A DNA stretch of 64,000 nt from an uncultured bacterium (GCA_965662235.1 CBFIGY010000001.1:32001-96000); one strand, 5' to 3'. Shown: positions 42,584 to 53,067, counted from the stretch's first letter. A program made the numbers and translations. The notes: a model not told the origin generated them from the letters alone.

Positions 42584-45500
42584 ATGCGTCTCAAAAGCCT
42601 GAAGGCCTCTGGCTTCAAATCCTTTTGTCATCCGGTGGAGCTGGAGTTTCAGCAGAACGGAATCACCATTGTGGTGGGCCCCAACGGCTGCGGCAAAAGC
42701 AATGTGGTCGATGCCATCCGCTGGGTTCTTGGCGAGCAGCGGGCCCGGCACCTGCGGGGAGGCGCCATGGAGGATGTCATCTTTGCCGGAAGCGCCTTCC
42801 AGAAGCCCTCCGGCGTTGCCGAGGTCACCCTCACCTTCCTCAATCCCCAGGGCGACACCCTCCGACAGTACCACGAGTACACCGAAATCGCCGTCACCCG
42901 ACGCCTCTACCGTAGCGGCGAAAGCGCCTACCTCATCAACAAAACCCCCGTCCGCCTCATGGACATCCGGGAGCTGTTCATGGACACCGGTGTCGGCGGA
43001 ACCGGCTACTCGATTGTTGAACAGGGCCGCGTCGGCGAAATGGTGAGCGCCAAGCCTTCTGAACGCCGAACCCTCATTGACGATGCTGCCGGCATCATCA
43101 AGTTCCGCACCAAGCGCCAGACGGCCGAAAGGCGCCTGGAAGAGACGCAGCAAAACCTGCTCCGGGTCAATGACCTGCTCAATGAACTCAAGGACCAGGA
43201 AGAGGCCCTCCGGGATCAGGTGGAGAAGGCTCGGATCTACCTGGACCTCCAGCAACGCAGCGCCGCACTGGAGCTGCACCACACCCTCCTCCAGTGGACT
43301 CAGGCGGAAGCTCAGGAAACCCAGACGCAGCAGACCCTGAGCAACCTAGAACAGCAGCAGCAGGCCCAGCAGACCGAAAAGGAGGTTCTGGAAATGCGTC
43401 TGCAGCAGGTCAGCCTGGAACAGGTCCAACGCGGCACCCGGCTTTCTGAAAAACGAGAGGCCCTGCACCAGCAGGAACGCCGCATCCAGGAGGCGGAAAA
43501 CCAGCGGGCCCTGGAGCAGCAAAGCATGGCCAACCTCCGGGAGCAGCAGGCCCAGCGCGACACCGAACGCCACACCCTCACTCAGCGGGCTCAGGAGCTG
43601 GACGTTGAGCAGCAAACCGCCGTTGCTCAAGCCGAGCACCTGAGCGATCAAGAAGACCAACTCCGGGAGGAGGTTGAAGCCGTTGAGGCCACACGCCTTG
43701 GCGAGACCGAAGCCCTTCAGGAGGCCCAGCGGCAACTTCAGGCTGCCCAGCGGGACCTGCTGCGGCTGCACACGGACCTGACCAACCAGACCAACCAACG
43801 GGGCTTCCTTGGCGAACGGCTGGAGCAGCAGGAAGGGAGACGCCTTCAGCTGCACACCCAGCAGCAAACCGGAGAAACCCTCCTCCTCACGCTTCAGCAG
43901 CAACGGCAGGAACAGCAAACCCGACTCGAAGCCCAGCAGCAACGGCAGGAAGCCCTTGAGCAACAGCGGGACGACCTGGACGCCCAGCTGGCGGAGCAGG
44001 CCACTCAGGTCACTCAAGCCGAGACTCAGCTCCGGGAACAGCAGATTCAGCTCGACTCCAAGCGGTCGCGCCTGCAGTCCCTACAGCAGATTCAGCTCCA
44101 ACACGAAGGCTTTGGCGACAGCACGCGGGCCTTTCTGGAACAACTGGAGCAGCATCCGGAAGCCGCCGAAGCCCTAGGGGTCGTGGGCCTGCTGGCCGAC
44201 ACCGTTGAAGCACACCCGGAGGCCTTGGAGGCCGTGGCGCCGGTGCTCGCAGAGATGCTTGACTGGGTTCTGGTTCGGAGCACCCAAAACCTGCCCGCCC
44301 TAGAACGCTTCTGCCAGCAGCACCAGCTCGGACGCCTGAACGTCGTACCACTCGATCTGATTCCCCCTTCCTCCACAGAGTTGGGCCCGAGCGTGGCACC
44401 GCAGCTGCGGTTTGCTGAGTCCGTCCGTCCGTGGGCAGAAGCCTTCTTCGGAAACATCCACCCCACTCCTGCTGAATGGGATGCGCTGCCTCAGTCACTC
44501 GAGGCCACAGCCCACTGGGTCAACACCGCAGGCAGCTTCTGGTTTGCCAACAGCCTCCGCCTGGGGAAACTCCAGGAAAGCGCTCTGGGGGTACTCAAAC
44601 GCCAGCAGGAGGTCCGGGAACTGGAAGAGGCCACCCTGCACCTGGAAGAGGCACTGGACGCCCAACGTCAGATCCTGGACACCCTCCGGGACCAGCAGGA
44701 GGCCCTGAGTGCCCAGCGAGAGGAGGTCCTTGGACAGTTCCGGACCCTGGAGCTGGATGGGCTGGCCTACCGCAAGGAGCTTGAGCACACGGAGATCGAG
44801 CTGCGGCGCGCTGAACACGCCCGGCGAGAGGTGCTTCAGGACCTAGAGCGGCTGGGACAGGAAGTGGAAAACCTCAAGCAGCGCCGTGCCGAAGTGGAGG
44901 TGAAGCTGGAGGAGCTTGAAGCAGCGAGGCAGAGCCGAGAGGCGCAGGTGGAGGTGCACCAGCAGCAGATTGAGGCGCAGTCTCAGCGCATGGAGGCGCT
45001 CAGTGAAAACCTGACGGAGAAGCGTGTCCGGCGGTCGGAACTTCAGGAGCAGCTCCGCGGACTGAATGCCACCCAGCAGCGGGTGGAGCGTGAGCAGGAA
45101 ACCACTCGGCAGCGGCTCGCACAGCTTGACGCCAATCAAACCCTGGAGGCCCAGAGACTGGAAACCAGCCGGCAGCGGATTGAAGACATTGACGCCAGCT
45201 TTGGCCCGCTCCTGCAGACACGTCAGGACCTGCAAGCCGAGCTGGCAGAGGAGTCACGACAGCACGCCGCTCAGGACGTTGTGCAGGAGGAGCTCCGGGA
45301 CCAGCTCCGCGGTCAGCAAGGGCGGCTGGAGGACACCAACCGGCAGTTCAATGCCGCCTCCATCAAGCTGACGGAATTCCGCATGCAGCGGACCCAGTGG
45401 GAAGAGAAGATTGCCGAACTCAGCGAGTCTCCACTGGAAGAGCTGCGCAAGCAGGTTCCGGACAACGCCCAGGACTTTCAGGAGATGAGCCGCGAAATTC

Positions 45501-46141
45501 GCTCGCTCCGGGCGCGGATGAACGCCATGGGCGCCGTCAACCTGACGGCTCCGGAAGAGCACGCGACCTTGCTGGAACGCCTAGGCTTCATTGCCACCCA
45601 GTCCGGTGACCTGCAGCAGGCGGTGGAGGACCTGAAATCCACCATCCATGACATCAACCGTGAGTCCCGGAAGCGCTTCCGCGAGATGTTTGAGCAGATC
45701 AACATCAAGTTTGGCGAACTGTTTTCCTCTCTGTTTGGAGGAGGCGAGGCCCGGATGGTTCTGACCGAATCAGAGGACCTGCTGGAGGCTGGCGTGGAGA
45801 TTGTCGCTCAGCCTCCGGGCAAGAAGCTTCAGAACCTGAACCTCCTTTCAGGTGGAGAAAAGGCCCTCACCGCCATCTCGTTGATTTTTGCCATTTTCCT
45901 TATCAAACCGAGCCCATTTTGTCTGCTGGATGAGGTCGATGCCCCTCTGGATGACGCGAACGTTTCCCGCTTCAATCGGCTGATCCAGAAGTTGACGGAT
46001 AATGCGCAGTTCATCATAATTACTCATAATAAGAAAACGATGGAAATCGGCCAGCGCCTGTATGGGATTACCATGGAAGAGCCCGGAATTTCCAAGACCG
46101 TTTCTGTCCGTTTTCAAGAGGCCGAGCAGCTGGTGGACTAA
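42584..46141 (+). CDS. smc: Chromosome segregation protein SMC
   Basis: GFKSF, GPNGCGKSN, two long coiled coils around a hinge, LSGGEK, LDEVDAPLD, ITH. Confidence 0.96.
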   Translation: MRLKSLKASGFKSFCHPVELEFQQNGITIVVGPNGCGKSNVVDAIRWVLGEQRARHLRGGAMEDVIFAGSAFQKPSGVAEVTLTFLNPQGDTLRQYHEYTEIAVTRRLYRSGESAYLINKTPVRLMDIRELFMDTGVGGTGYSIVEQGRVGEMVSAKPSERRTLIDDAAGIIKFRTKRQTAERRLEETQQNLLRVNDLLNELKDQEEALRDQVEKARIYLDLQQRSAALELHHTLLQWTQAEAQETQTQQTLSNLEQQQQAQQTEKEVLEMRLQQVSLEQVQRGTRLSEKREALHQQERRIQEAENQRALEQQSMANLREQQAQRDTERHTLTQRAQELDVEQQTAVAQAEHLSDQEDQLREEVEAVEATRLGETEALQEAQRQLQAAQRDLLRLHTDLTNQTNQRGFLGERLEQQEGRRLQLHTQQQTGETLLLTLQQQRQEQQTRLEAQQQRQEALEQQRDDLDAQLAEQATQVTQAETQLREQQIQLDSKRSRLQSLQQIQLQHEGFGDSTRAFLEQLEQHPEAAEALGVVGLLADTVEAHPEALEAVAPVLAEMLDWVLVRSTQNLPALERFCQQHQLGRLNVVPLDLIPPSSTELGPSVAPQLRFAESVRPWAEAFFGNIHPTPAEWDALPQSLEATAHWVNTAGSFWFANSLRLGKLQESALGVLKRQQEVRELEEATLHLEEALDAQRQILDTLRDQQEALSAQREEVLGQFRTLELDGLAYRKELEHTEIELRRAEHARREVLQDLERLGQEVENLKQRRAEVEVKLEELEAARQSREAQVEVHQQQIEAQSQRMEALSENLTEKRVRRSELQEQLRGLNATQQRVEREQETTRQRLAQLDANQTLEAQRLETSRQRIEDIDASFGPLLQTRQDLQAELAEESRQHAAQDVVQEELRDQLRGQQGRLEDTNRQFNAASIKLTEFRMQRTQWEEKIAELSESPLEELRKQVPDNAQDFQEMSREIRSLRARMNAMGAVNLTAPEEHATLLERLGFIATQSGDLQQAVEDLKSTIHDINRESRKRFREMFEQINIKFGELFSSLFGGGEARMVLTESEDLLEAGVEIVAQPPGKKLQNLNLLSGGEKALTAISLIFAIFLIKPSPFCLLDEVDAPLDDANVSRFNRLIQKLTDNAQFIIITHNKKTMEIGQRLYGITMEEPGISKTVSVRFQEAEQLVD

Positions 46142-46179
46142 CCGGCGCGGCCCTTCCTCTCTCTAGCTACCACAGGATC

Positions 46180-47457
46180 ATGGACGTTAAGATTTACCAG
46201 GGATTTGCAGCCTTCCGTGAGGTTTTTGAAACGGAAAACACCTTTGACGTCTCAGACGCCGTGCGGGACATCCTCAAAGCCGTGCAGCAGCAAGGCGACG
46301 CGGCGGTTCGGGCCTACACCGAGCGCTTCGACGGGGTCACGCTGGAGGCTCTGCGGGTGCCTCAGGCGGCCATGCAGCAGGCGTTGGACGCGTTGCCGAC
46401 CGACCTCCGGGAGGTGCTAGAGGAAGCAGCTTCCAACATCCGAGACTTCCATGAGCGTCAGAAGCGTGAGAGCGAGCTGGAGTTTCATCCGGATGGCACC
46501 GTGCTGGGCTGGAAGGTCACCCCGGTTGACAGCGCTGGCGTGTACATTCCCGGAGGCCGCGCCGCATACCCGTCTTCGCTGCTGATGAACGTCATTCCTG
46601 CGCAGGTGGCCGGAGTGCCTCGCATTGCCATGGTGTCGCCTCCGGGTAAGGAGAGTGGGCTTCCGCACCCACTGGTGATGGCCAGTGCAGCCCTCTGTGG
46701 CGTTGATGAGCTGTATGCCATCGGGGGCGCCCAGTCCGTCGGAGCCCTAGCCTATGGGACCGAGTCGATTGACCGAGTCGTCAAAATCACGGGGCCTGGA
46801 AATGCCTATGTTGCCGAGGCCAAGCGACAGGTCTACGGACGTGTGGGCATCGATTCCTTTGCCGGTCCGAGCGAGATCCTAATTGTCTGCGACCGCGCTG
46901 ACCTTTCTGTGGAGTACCTAGTCCGGGACCTTCTCTCTCAGGCGGAGCACGACCCAGAAGCCGGTGCCATTTTGGTAACGACGCATCCGGAGCAGGCAGA
47001 AGCGGTCGCGGCGCGTCTCAAGGAGCTGGTCCCCACTCTGCCCCGCCGGGAAATCATTGAAGCGTCCTTTGCCGCACGCTCCGCAATCATTGTGGTACCC
47101 ACCTTGGAAGAAGCCTTCGACGCGCTCAACGAGTTGGCTCCAGAGCACCTTGAAGTCCTCACCCAAAACCCAATGGAGGACCTGCACCGCATCCGAAACG
47201 CCGGGGCCATCTTCTTGGGGCCTCACACGCCGGAGCCTGTTGGAGACTACTTTGCGGGGCCCAACCACACCCTGCCCACTTCCGGATGTGCCAAGTTCTC
47301 CTCGCCACTAGGCGTGGAGGACTTTGTCAAGACCAGCTCTGTCCTCAGCTACTCTCCGGAGCGCCTGCGCCGTCAGGGGCCTGCGATCATCCGCTTTGCT
47401 GAAGAGGAGCAGCTATTTGCGCACGCGGCCGCAGTGCAGGTGCGCTTGGAATCGTGA
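46180..47457 (+). CDS. hisD: Histidinol dehydrogenase
   Basis: GVYIPGG, YPSS, GGAQ, GPGNAYV, AGPSE, QAEH, APEHLE, GDYFAGPNHTLPT. Confidence 0.96.
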   Translation: MDVKIYQGFAAFREVFETENTFDVSDAVRDILKAVQQQGDAAVRAYTERFDGVTLEALRVPQAAMQQALDALPTDLREVLEEAASNIRDFHERQKRESELEFHPDGTVLGWKVTPVDSAGVYIPGGRAAYPSSLLMNVIPAQVAGVPRIAMVSPPGKESGLPHPLVMASAALCGVDELYAIGGAQSVGALAYGTESIDRVVKITGPGNAYVAEAKRQVYGRVGIDSFAGPSEILIVCDRADLSVEYLVRDLLSQAEHDPEAGAILVTTHPEQAEAVAARLKELVPTLPRREIIEASFAARSAIIVVPTLEEAFDALNELAPEHLEVLTQNPMEDLHRIRNAGAIFLGPHTPEPVGDYFAGPNHTLPTSGCAKFSSPLGVEDFVKTSSVLSYSPERLRRQGPAIIRFAEEEQLFAHAAAVQVRLES

Positions 47458-47616
47458 CTCGATCAACGCGCGGCTGGCACTTTTGTCCGTAGCAGTACGT
47501 AAGCGGTTTTGCGCATAGGCATCTGCTTCGCCAACGTTATCCTGTAGACAACTTCATTGGTGCTCCCCCCACTGATGAATGAACCCCCCTTTTTTGGGAT
47601 TTCAGCAAGGAGTCTT

Positions 47617-48255
47617 ATGGAACGTTTCAAGAAGCTCGGACAATTGATTGCACTGGTTGGATTTGCCTTTGTGATCGGAGCCGTTTTTGCGTACACGAAG
47701 ATACAAGAAGGCTACCAGTCCCTGCAGTCCTTTAGCGCCGCTCAAAACGTTACCCTTTCCTACAATGATCAGGGCCAGCTCATTGACCGTGGGAAAGCGG
47801 AAGGCGCTCAGGCCATCATGAAGCTGCTGACGGAAGAGTGGGGTTATCCTGTGGTTGCCTCGGAATTTGATCCCAAGGATCCGCTGGTCAATACCGCCTC
47901 CGAGTACATGTATCAGATGGCCACCATCGGTTACCACGTGCTGCATGGGACGCAGACGGTGACCCTGCCCAAGAGTATGGAATACAAAGGAAAGGTGTAC
48001 TCGGCGGGTGTGCACAAGTTCCCGGTGGAAGGACGGTACTGGACCGGATTTGACCGCATGCACCCGCTGGAAGGTCCCGCCCGCGAAATGGCTTGGTCGG
48101 GAACCGCTCACGGCTTGATTGCAGAACTGGGAGTTGGCACGGTCACCGCTTCCACCCTGCAGTTGGGAATGGCCGTCGCCGGTTTGATGGCAGGGATCGG
48201 AGGGACCTTGATGCTCCTCGGATTCGGGCTCGGATGGGCCAGCCAGAAACCGTAA
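47617..48255 (+). CDS. Hypothetical membrane protein (N- and C-terminal TM helices)
   Basis: AAGGAG RBS before ATG 47617; two hydrophobic ends; followed by a terminator. Confidence 0.75.
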   Translation: MERFKKLGQLIALVGFAFVIGAVFAYTKIQEGYQSLQSFSAAQNVTLSYNDQGQLIDRGKAEGAQAIMKLLTEEWGYPVVASEFDPKDPLVNTASEYMYQMATIGYHVLHGTQTVTLPKSMEYKGKVYSAGVHKFPVEGRYWTGFDRMHPLEGPAREMAWSGTAHGLIAELGVGTVTASTLQLGMAVAGLMAGIGGTLMLLGFGLGWASQKP

Positions 48256-48282
48256 CACTTCCCTCCTGAAAAGAACTCTGTT

Positions 48283-48316
48283 GCCTCGCTCTCCTCCCAG
48301 AGGGCGAGGCTTTTTT
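48283..48316 (+). terminator. Rho-independent terminator
   Basis: GCCTCGCTCTC...GAGGGCGAGGC stem followed by TTTTTT. Confidence 0.8.
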
Positions 48317-48324
48317 ATGCCCTC

Positions 48325-49119
48325 CTAAAAGACAAATCCCAGCCCCACCGTGGTCAGGGTGTGCTTGCCTTCAGATTCAAATGTGTCGCTATCTAGGATT
48401 TTCCCCAGTCCCTGAGTGCTATCGACCGTAGCCTCAGACTTGGTCTCTACGCTACGGTAACCCAGCAGCAGCTCAACGCCACCCAAGCGGTAACCAAAAT
48501 CCAGAAAATAAGAGAGTGCTGACTTTCCTTCAGACTCTACTTTTTCCGTTAGCAATCCTCCGTTCAATGACGCACCTGCAACCGTGTAGGTAATGTCCGT
48601 CTCTGAGTTGCTTCCCAGCAACGGCAAGCCTAATCCCGCTGATAAGGAAAAGGTCTCTCCTCCGAAAAGATAACCAATATCTAAAAAATTAACGTACCCT
48701 TTTGACTCTCGATTTCCAAGTAAAGTTCCATTACTGGAGATTCCTTCAAGAGTTGCTAGCGTAGCTGCCTTTGTCCCTGCACCTTGCGCATCAAGGGCAC
48801 TGGTTGACGTCCAAGAGCCTGTCTGGAAAGCCGCTGTTTTGAAGGCATTCGTGTGCTGATGCACTCCCACAACCCAGCCCCCTTCTGTTATGTACTGGAT
48901 TGTGTTTCCTCCCACTGTTTGCGTGTCTTTTCGATCTTCTGCCGACGCCGTAGCAAGCAAAGTTCCCGACGACCTATACTTCAGTGTTTGCTGTCCCAGC
49001 GAGGGGTCTTCGCTGGAAGTGCTGAGGGCGGTGCTGAGGCGCAGGCGACTCTCGGCATGGGCCGGAGCACTGAGGGCAAGCCCAAGGAGGGCCGCCGAGA
49101 AGAGGCGAGTAAACTTCAT
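48325..49119 (-). CDS. Putative outer-membrane beta-barrel protein
   Basis: Signal peptide ending AHA, amphipathic strands (FLDIGYLF, FLDFGYRL, LLLGYR), C-terminal GLGFVF. Confidence 0.75.
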   Translation of the reverse strand: MKFTRLFSAALLGLALSAPAHAESRLRLSTALSTSSEDPSLGQQTLKYRSSGTLLATASAEDRKDTQTVGGNTIQYITEGGWVVGVHQHTNAFKTAAFQTGSWTSTSALDAQGAGTKAATLATLEGISSNGTLLGNRESKGYVNFLDIGYLFGGETFSLSAGLGLPLLGSNSETDITYTVAGASLNGGLLTEKVESEGKSALSYFLDFGYRLGGVELLLGYRSVETKSEATVDSTQGLGKILDSDTFESEGKHTLTTVGLGFVF

Positions 49120-49361
49120 GGAACCGACTCCGTTTTGAGTAAAAAAATACCAAAGTTGCAATCACCCACAAAAAACACAATGAATGCACTTTGGCGACGA
49201 ATCCAACATGCACTCCTTATTCCACTCATCTGCAGAAATGGCCCGGTTTTAGAAAAAGTCACGGGGTCTCCGCAAAACCTCTTGCTTTTTGGTCGCTATG
49301 AGGAACAATCAAATCCACTTTTAGCGTCTCGCTTCTTTTTTACACCTTGGAGGAAAATCTT

Positions 49362-51323
49362 GTGAAGCCCGTCGGAACGTCCGGATCGGACACGTTCCCG
49401 AAGCTCCTGTTGGAGCACGCGCAGCAGCGTGGCTCGCGCCCAGCCTATCGTGAGAAGAACCTGGGCATTTGGCAAACGTGGACCTGGTCTCAGACTCGAG
49501 AAGAGGTGGCACAGCTGTCAGCGGGCCTGGTTTCCCTTGGATTGCGACGTGGAGACGCCGTCGCGATCGTAGGAGACAATCGCCCTCACCTTTACTGGAC
49601 CATCGTCGCCGCCCAAGCAGTGGGAGGCCTCCCCGTTCCCCTCTACCAAGACTCCGTTGCCGAGGAAATGATCCACGTCCTCAACAATGCGGACGTGCGC
49701 TTTGCCGTGGTGGAGAACCAGGAACAGGCGGACAAAATGCTGGAGGTCAAGGACCGCTGTCCGCAGCTGGAGTTCGTCATTTACGAAGACACCCGGGGCA
49801 TGCGGCACTACGACCAGCCCTTCCTTCACCAGTTTCAGGCGGTTCAGAGTCAAGGCGCGGCCTACCTGCAGGCCAACTCCGGTTTCTTCGAGACCGAGGT
49901 GGCTCAAGGAACCGGGGCAGACACGGCCATTTTGCTGTACACCTCTGGCACCACCGGGCTCCCGAAAGGCGTGGCCCTCAGCTTCGACAACCTGATCTTC
50001 AGTGGACAGGTCGGAAAGACCTTCGACTTCCTGACAGACGCCGAGGAGACCCTCGCGTACCTTCCCATGGCCTGGGTCGGTGACAACGTCTTCTCCATTG
50101 CACAGGCCTACGTCTGTGGCTTCTGCGTCAACTGCCCTGAGAGTCCTGAGACCGTGCTCACCGACCTCCGGGAGATCGGCCCCACTTACTACTTTGCGCC
50201 GCCTTCGGTCTATGAGCGGATGCTCACCCAGGTGATGATCCGCATTGAGGACGCCGGACGCTTCAAGCGTTGGCTCTTCAACACCTTCATGAAGGTCGCC
50301 CGCCGGTGCGGCACCGACATCCTCGACGGCAACCCCGTTTCCTTCTCCGACCGCCTCCTCTATGCCCTCGGCGAACTCACGATTTACGGACCGCTGAAAA
50401 ACGTTCTGGGCCTCAACCGCATCCGTGTTGCCTACACCGCCGGAGAAGCAATTGGTCCGGAGCTGTTCGCCTTCTTCCGGGCCCTTGGCATCAACATCAA
50501 GCAGCTTTACGGACAAACAGAGGCCTCCGTTTTCATCTGCGCGCAGCCCAATGGGCAGGTCCGTTCCGACACCGTGGGCCCTCCCATTCCGGGAATTGAG
50601 GTCCGCATTGACGATTCCGGAGAGGTCTTCTACCGGAGTCCCGGGGTCTTCCTGCACTACCACAAGAACCCGGAATCGACCGCCAAGACCAAGACCCCTG
50701 ACAACTGGGTCGCCACCGGAGATGCCGGCTTCTTCGACAACGAAGGGCACCTGAAGATCATTGACCGTGTTAAGGATGTCGGACGCATGAGCGATGGCAG
50801 CCTGTTTGCGCCCAAGTACGTGGAGAACAAGCTGAAGTTCTTTGCCTTCATCAAGCACGCCGTCTGCTTTGGAGATGGACGCGACTTTGCCACCGCCTTC
50901 ATCAACATTGACCTCAATGCGGTTGGGAACTGGGCGGAACGCAACGGGCTCGCCTACTCCGGCTACACCGACCTTTCCGCCCGGACAGAGGTCTATCAGC
51001 TCATTCAGGAGTGCGTTGAATCCGTCAACGCCGACCTCGCCCGAGACGAGAAACTCCGCAGCTCCCAGATCGCCCGGTTCCTGCTGCTGCATAAGGAGCT
51101 GGATGCCGATGACGGAGAATTGACCCGGACCAGCAAGGTCCGTCGCAACATTGTCGACGAACGCTACGGAACCCTCATTCAGGCGCTGTATGATCCGGCT
51201 CAGAAACGCTGCCAGATCGAATCCCTGATCACCTTTGAGGACGGGCGCAAAGGAACCCTCAAGGCCGACCTCGCCATCTGTGACTGCAAACGCGTCACCG
51301 AGCCCCTCAAGGCGGCCGCATGA
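49362..51323 (+). CDS. Long-chain acyl-CoA synthetase (AMP-binding)
   Basis: YTSGTTGLPKG, YGQTE, TGDAG, IIDRVKD; GTG 49362 with GGAGG RBS. Confidence 0.92.
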   Translation: MKPVGTSGSDTFPKLLLEHAQQRGSRPAYREKNLGIWQTWTWSQTREEVAQLSAGLVSLGLRRGDAVAIVGDNRPHLYWTIVAAQAVGGLPVPLYQDSVAEEMIHVLNNADVRFAVVENQEQADKMLEVKDRCPQLEFVIYEDTRGMRHYDQPFLHQFQAVQSQGAAYLQANSGFFETEVAQGTGADTAILLYTSGTTGLPKGVALSFDNLIFSGQVGKTFDFLTDAEETLAYLPMAWVGDNVFSIAQAYVCGFCVNCPESPETVLTDLREIGPTYYFAPPSVYERMLTQVMIRIEDAGRFKRWLFNTFMKVARRCGTDILDGNPVSFSDRLLYALGELTIYGPLKNVLGLNRIRVAYTAGEAIGPELFAFFRALGINIKQLYGQTEASVFICAQPNGQVRSDTVGPPIPGIEVRIDDSGEVFYRSPGVFLHYHKNPESTAKTKTPDNWVATGDAGFFDNEGHLKIIDRVKDVGRMSDGSLFAPKYVENKLKFFAFIKHAVCFGDGRDFATAFINIDLNAVGNWAERNGLAYSGYTDLSARTEVYQLIQECVESVNADLARDEKLRSSQIARFLLLHKELDADDGELTRTSKVRRNIVDERYGTLIQALYDPAQKRCQIESLITFEDGRKGTLKADLAICDCKRVTEPLKAAA

Positions 51324-52114
51324 GTGAACACCGACGCGGCATTGGAGAAACGCTGCTCAGCGTGGACCACATCAGCCTGTCTTTCGGAGGCGTGAACGCG
51401 CTCACCGACATCAGCCTTTCCGTCCGCAAGCACGAAATCTTTTCCATCATTGGTCCCAACGGAGCTGGAAAGACGTCGATGCTCAACGTCATCAACGGCT
51501 TCTACCATCCACAAGAGGGTGCCATTACCTTCAGGGGCACCCACCGGAAGCGCATGCGTCCTTACGAGGCTGCCAAGCAGGGCATTGCCCGGACCTTCCA
51601 AAACGTGGCGCTCTTCAAGGGCATGAGCACACTGGACAACATCATGTCCGGACGGTTGCTGAAGATGCGGCGCAACATCTTCTGGCAGGCGCTGCACCTG
51701 GGTCCTGCCCGAGAGGAAGAGCTGGTGCACCGGCAGAAGGTGGAAGAGATCATCGACTTCCTAGAAATCCAAGCCATCCGGAAGATTCCGGTCGGGCGCC
51801 TTCCTTATGGGCTGCAGAAACGGGTGGAGCTGGGACGCGCGCTCGCCATGGAACCTGACCTGCTTCTGCTCGACGAGCCCATGGCAGGCATGAACGTCGA
51901 GGAAAAGCAGGACATGTGTCGCTTCATCCTCGACATCAGTGAAGAGTACGGCACCACAATGGTGCTCATCGAACATGACATGGGGGTCGTGATGGACATT
52001 TCAGACCGAGTGGCGGTTTTGGACTACGGTCGCAAGATCGCTGACGGCCCGCCCGACGAAGTCCGCTCCAACCAAGAGGTGATTGACGCCTACCTGGGTG
52101 TCAGCCACGACTGA
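51320..52114 (+). CDS. ABC transporter ATP-binding protein (LivG-like)
   Basis: GPNGAGKT, ARTFQN, LPYG.QKRVE, LLDEP, IEHDM. Confidence 0.92.
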   Translation: MSEHRRGIGETLLSVDHISLSFGGVNALTDISLSVRKHEIFSIIGPNGAGKTSMLNVINGFYHPQEGAITFRGTHRKRMRPYEAAKQGIARTFQNVALFKGMSTLDNIMSGRLLKMRRNIFWQALHLGPAREEELVHRQKVEEIIDFLEIQAIRKIPVGRLPYGLQKRVELGRALAMEPDLLLLDEPMAGMNVEEKQDMCRFILDISEEYGTTMVLIEHDMGVVMDISDRVAVLDYGRKIADGPPDEVRSNQEVIDAYLGVSHD

Positions 52115-52134
52115 GCCCAGGAACGGAGACTTTT

Positions 52135-53064
52135 ATGGAATTGCTGTTTTTTTTCGAAACCCTCATCAGCGGCCTCATGGCGGGAGTGATGTACTCCCTA
52201 GTGGCGCTGGGCTTTGTGCTCATCTTCAAGGCGTCCGGGGTCTTCAACTTCTCACAGGGGGTCCTCTGCCTGTTTGCCGCCCTGGCCCTGTTTGACTTCA
52301 TCTCTGAAGATGGATGGGTTTATGCGTTGTTCGGGTTCACCCTTCCGGTCTGGCTCGGCATCCTCCTGACGGTGGTCGTCATGATTGGAGTCGCTTGGCT
52401 CATCGAGCGACTGGTGCTCCGGCACCTCGTCAATCAGGATCCGATCATCCTCTTCATGGCGACCATTGGACTGGCCTATGTTCTTGAGGGGGTCGGTGAC
52501 ATCCTCTTTGGTTCCGACGTAAAGCCCCTGGACATCGGACTGCCGCAAGGCGCCTCAGACTTTCTGCTTGATAACTACGGACTGTACATTGAGAAGCTCG
52601 AGGTGGTGGCAGCCATCACCGCTGCAGTCTTGGTGGCCGTCTTGGCGGTGTTCTTCCAAAAGACACGAATCGGCCGGGCCTTGCGGGCTGTTGCCGATGA
52701 CCACCAAGCGGCTCTTTCCGTGGGCATCTCCCTCAACGCCATCTGGGTCATCGTCTGGTCAGTCGCGGGCATTGTCGCACTGGTTGCCGGCATCATGTGG
52801 GGCTCGAAATCGGGCGTGCAGTTCTCTCTCTCCCTCATTGCCCTCAAGGCGTTACCCGTTCTGATCCTCGGAGGCTTCACTTCGGTGCCAGGGGCCATCA
52901 TTGGAGGGCTCATCATCGGAGTGGGCGAAAAACTCGCTGAAATCTACGCGGGACCCTATGTAGGCGGCGCGCTGGAGAACTGGTTTGCCTACATGCTCGC
53001 CTTGGCCTTCCTGCTGTTCCGTCCCCAAGGACTCTTTGGGGAGCGCATCATTGAACGGGTCTGA
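52135..53064 (+). CDS. ABC transporter permease (LivH-like)
   Basis: YSLVALGFVLI, NFSQG, GRALRAVADD, LGGFTS, RPQGLFG. Confidence 0.92.
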   Translation: MELLFFFETLISGLMAGVMYSLVALGFVLIFKASGVFNFSQGVLCLFAALALFDFISEDGWVYALFGFTLPVWLGILLTVVVMIGVAWLIERLVLRHLVNQDPIILFMATIGLAYVLEGVGDILFGSDVKPLDIGLPQGASDFLLDNYGLYIEKLEVVAAITAAVLVAVLAVFFQKTRIGRALRAVADDHQAALSVGISLNAIWVIVWSVAGIVALVAGIMWGSKSGVQFSLSLIALKALPVLILGGFTSVPGAIIGGLIIGVGEKLAEIYAGPYVGGALENWFAYMLALAFLLFRPQGLFGERIIERV

Positions 53065-53067
53065 ATC

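Noticed and set aside
43300..45500. CAG/GAG-rich quasi-repeats
   Set aside because: Explained by the Gln/Glu-rich SMC coiled coils; no fixed repeat unit or spacers, so not CRISPR or VNTR
47475..47490. TGGCAC as a sigma54 -24 element
   Set aside because: No GC at the -12 position (TGGCACTTTTGTCCGT)
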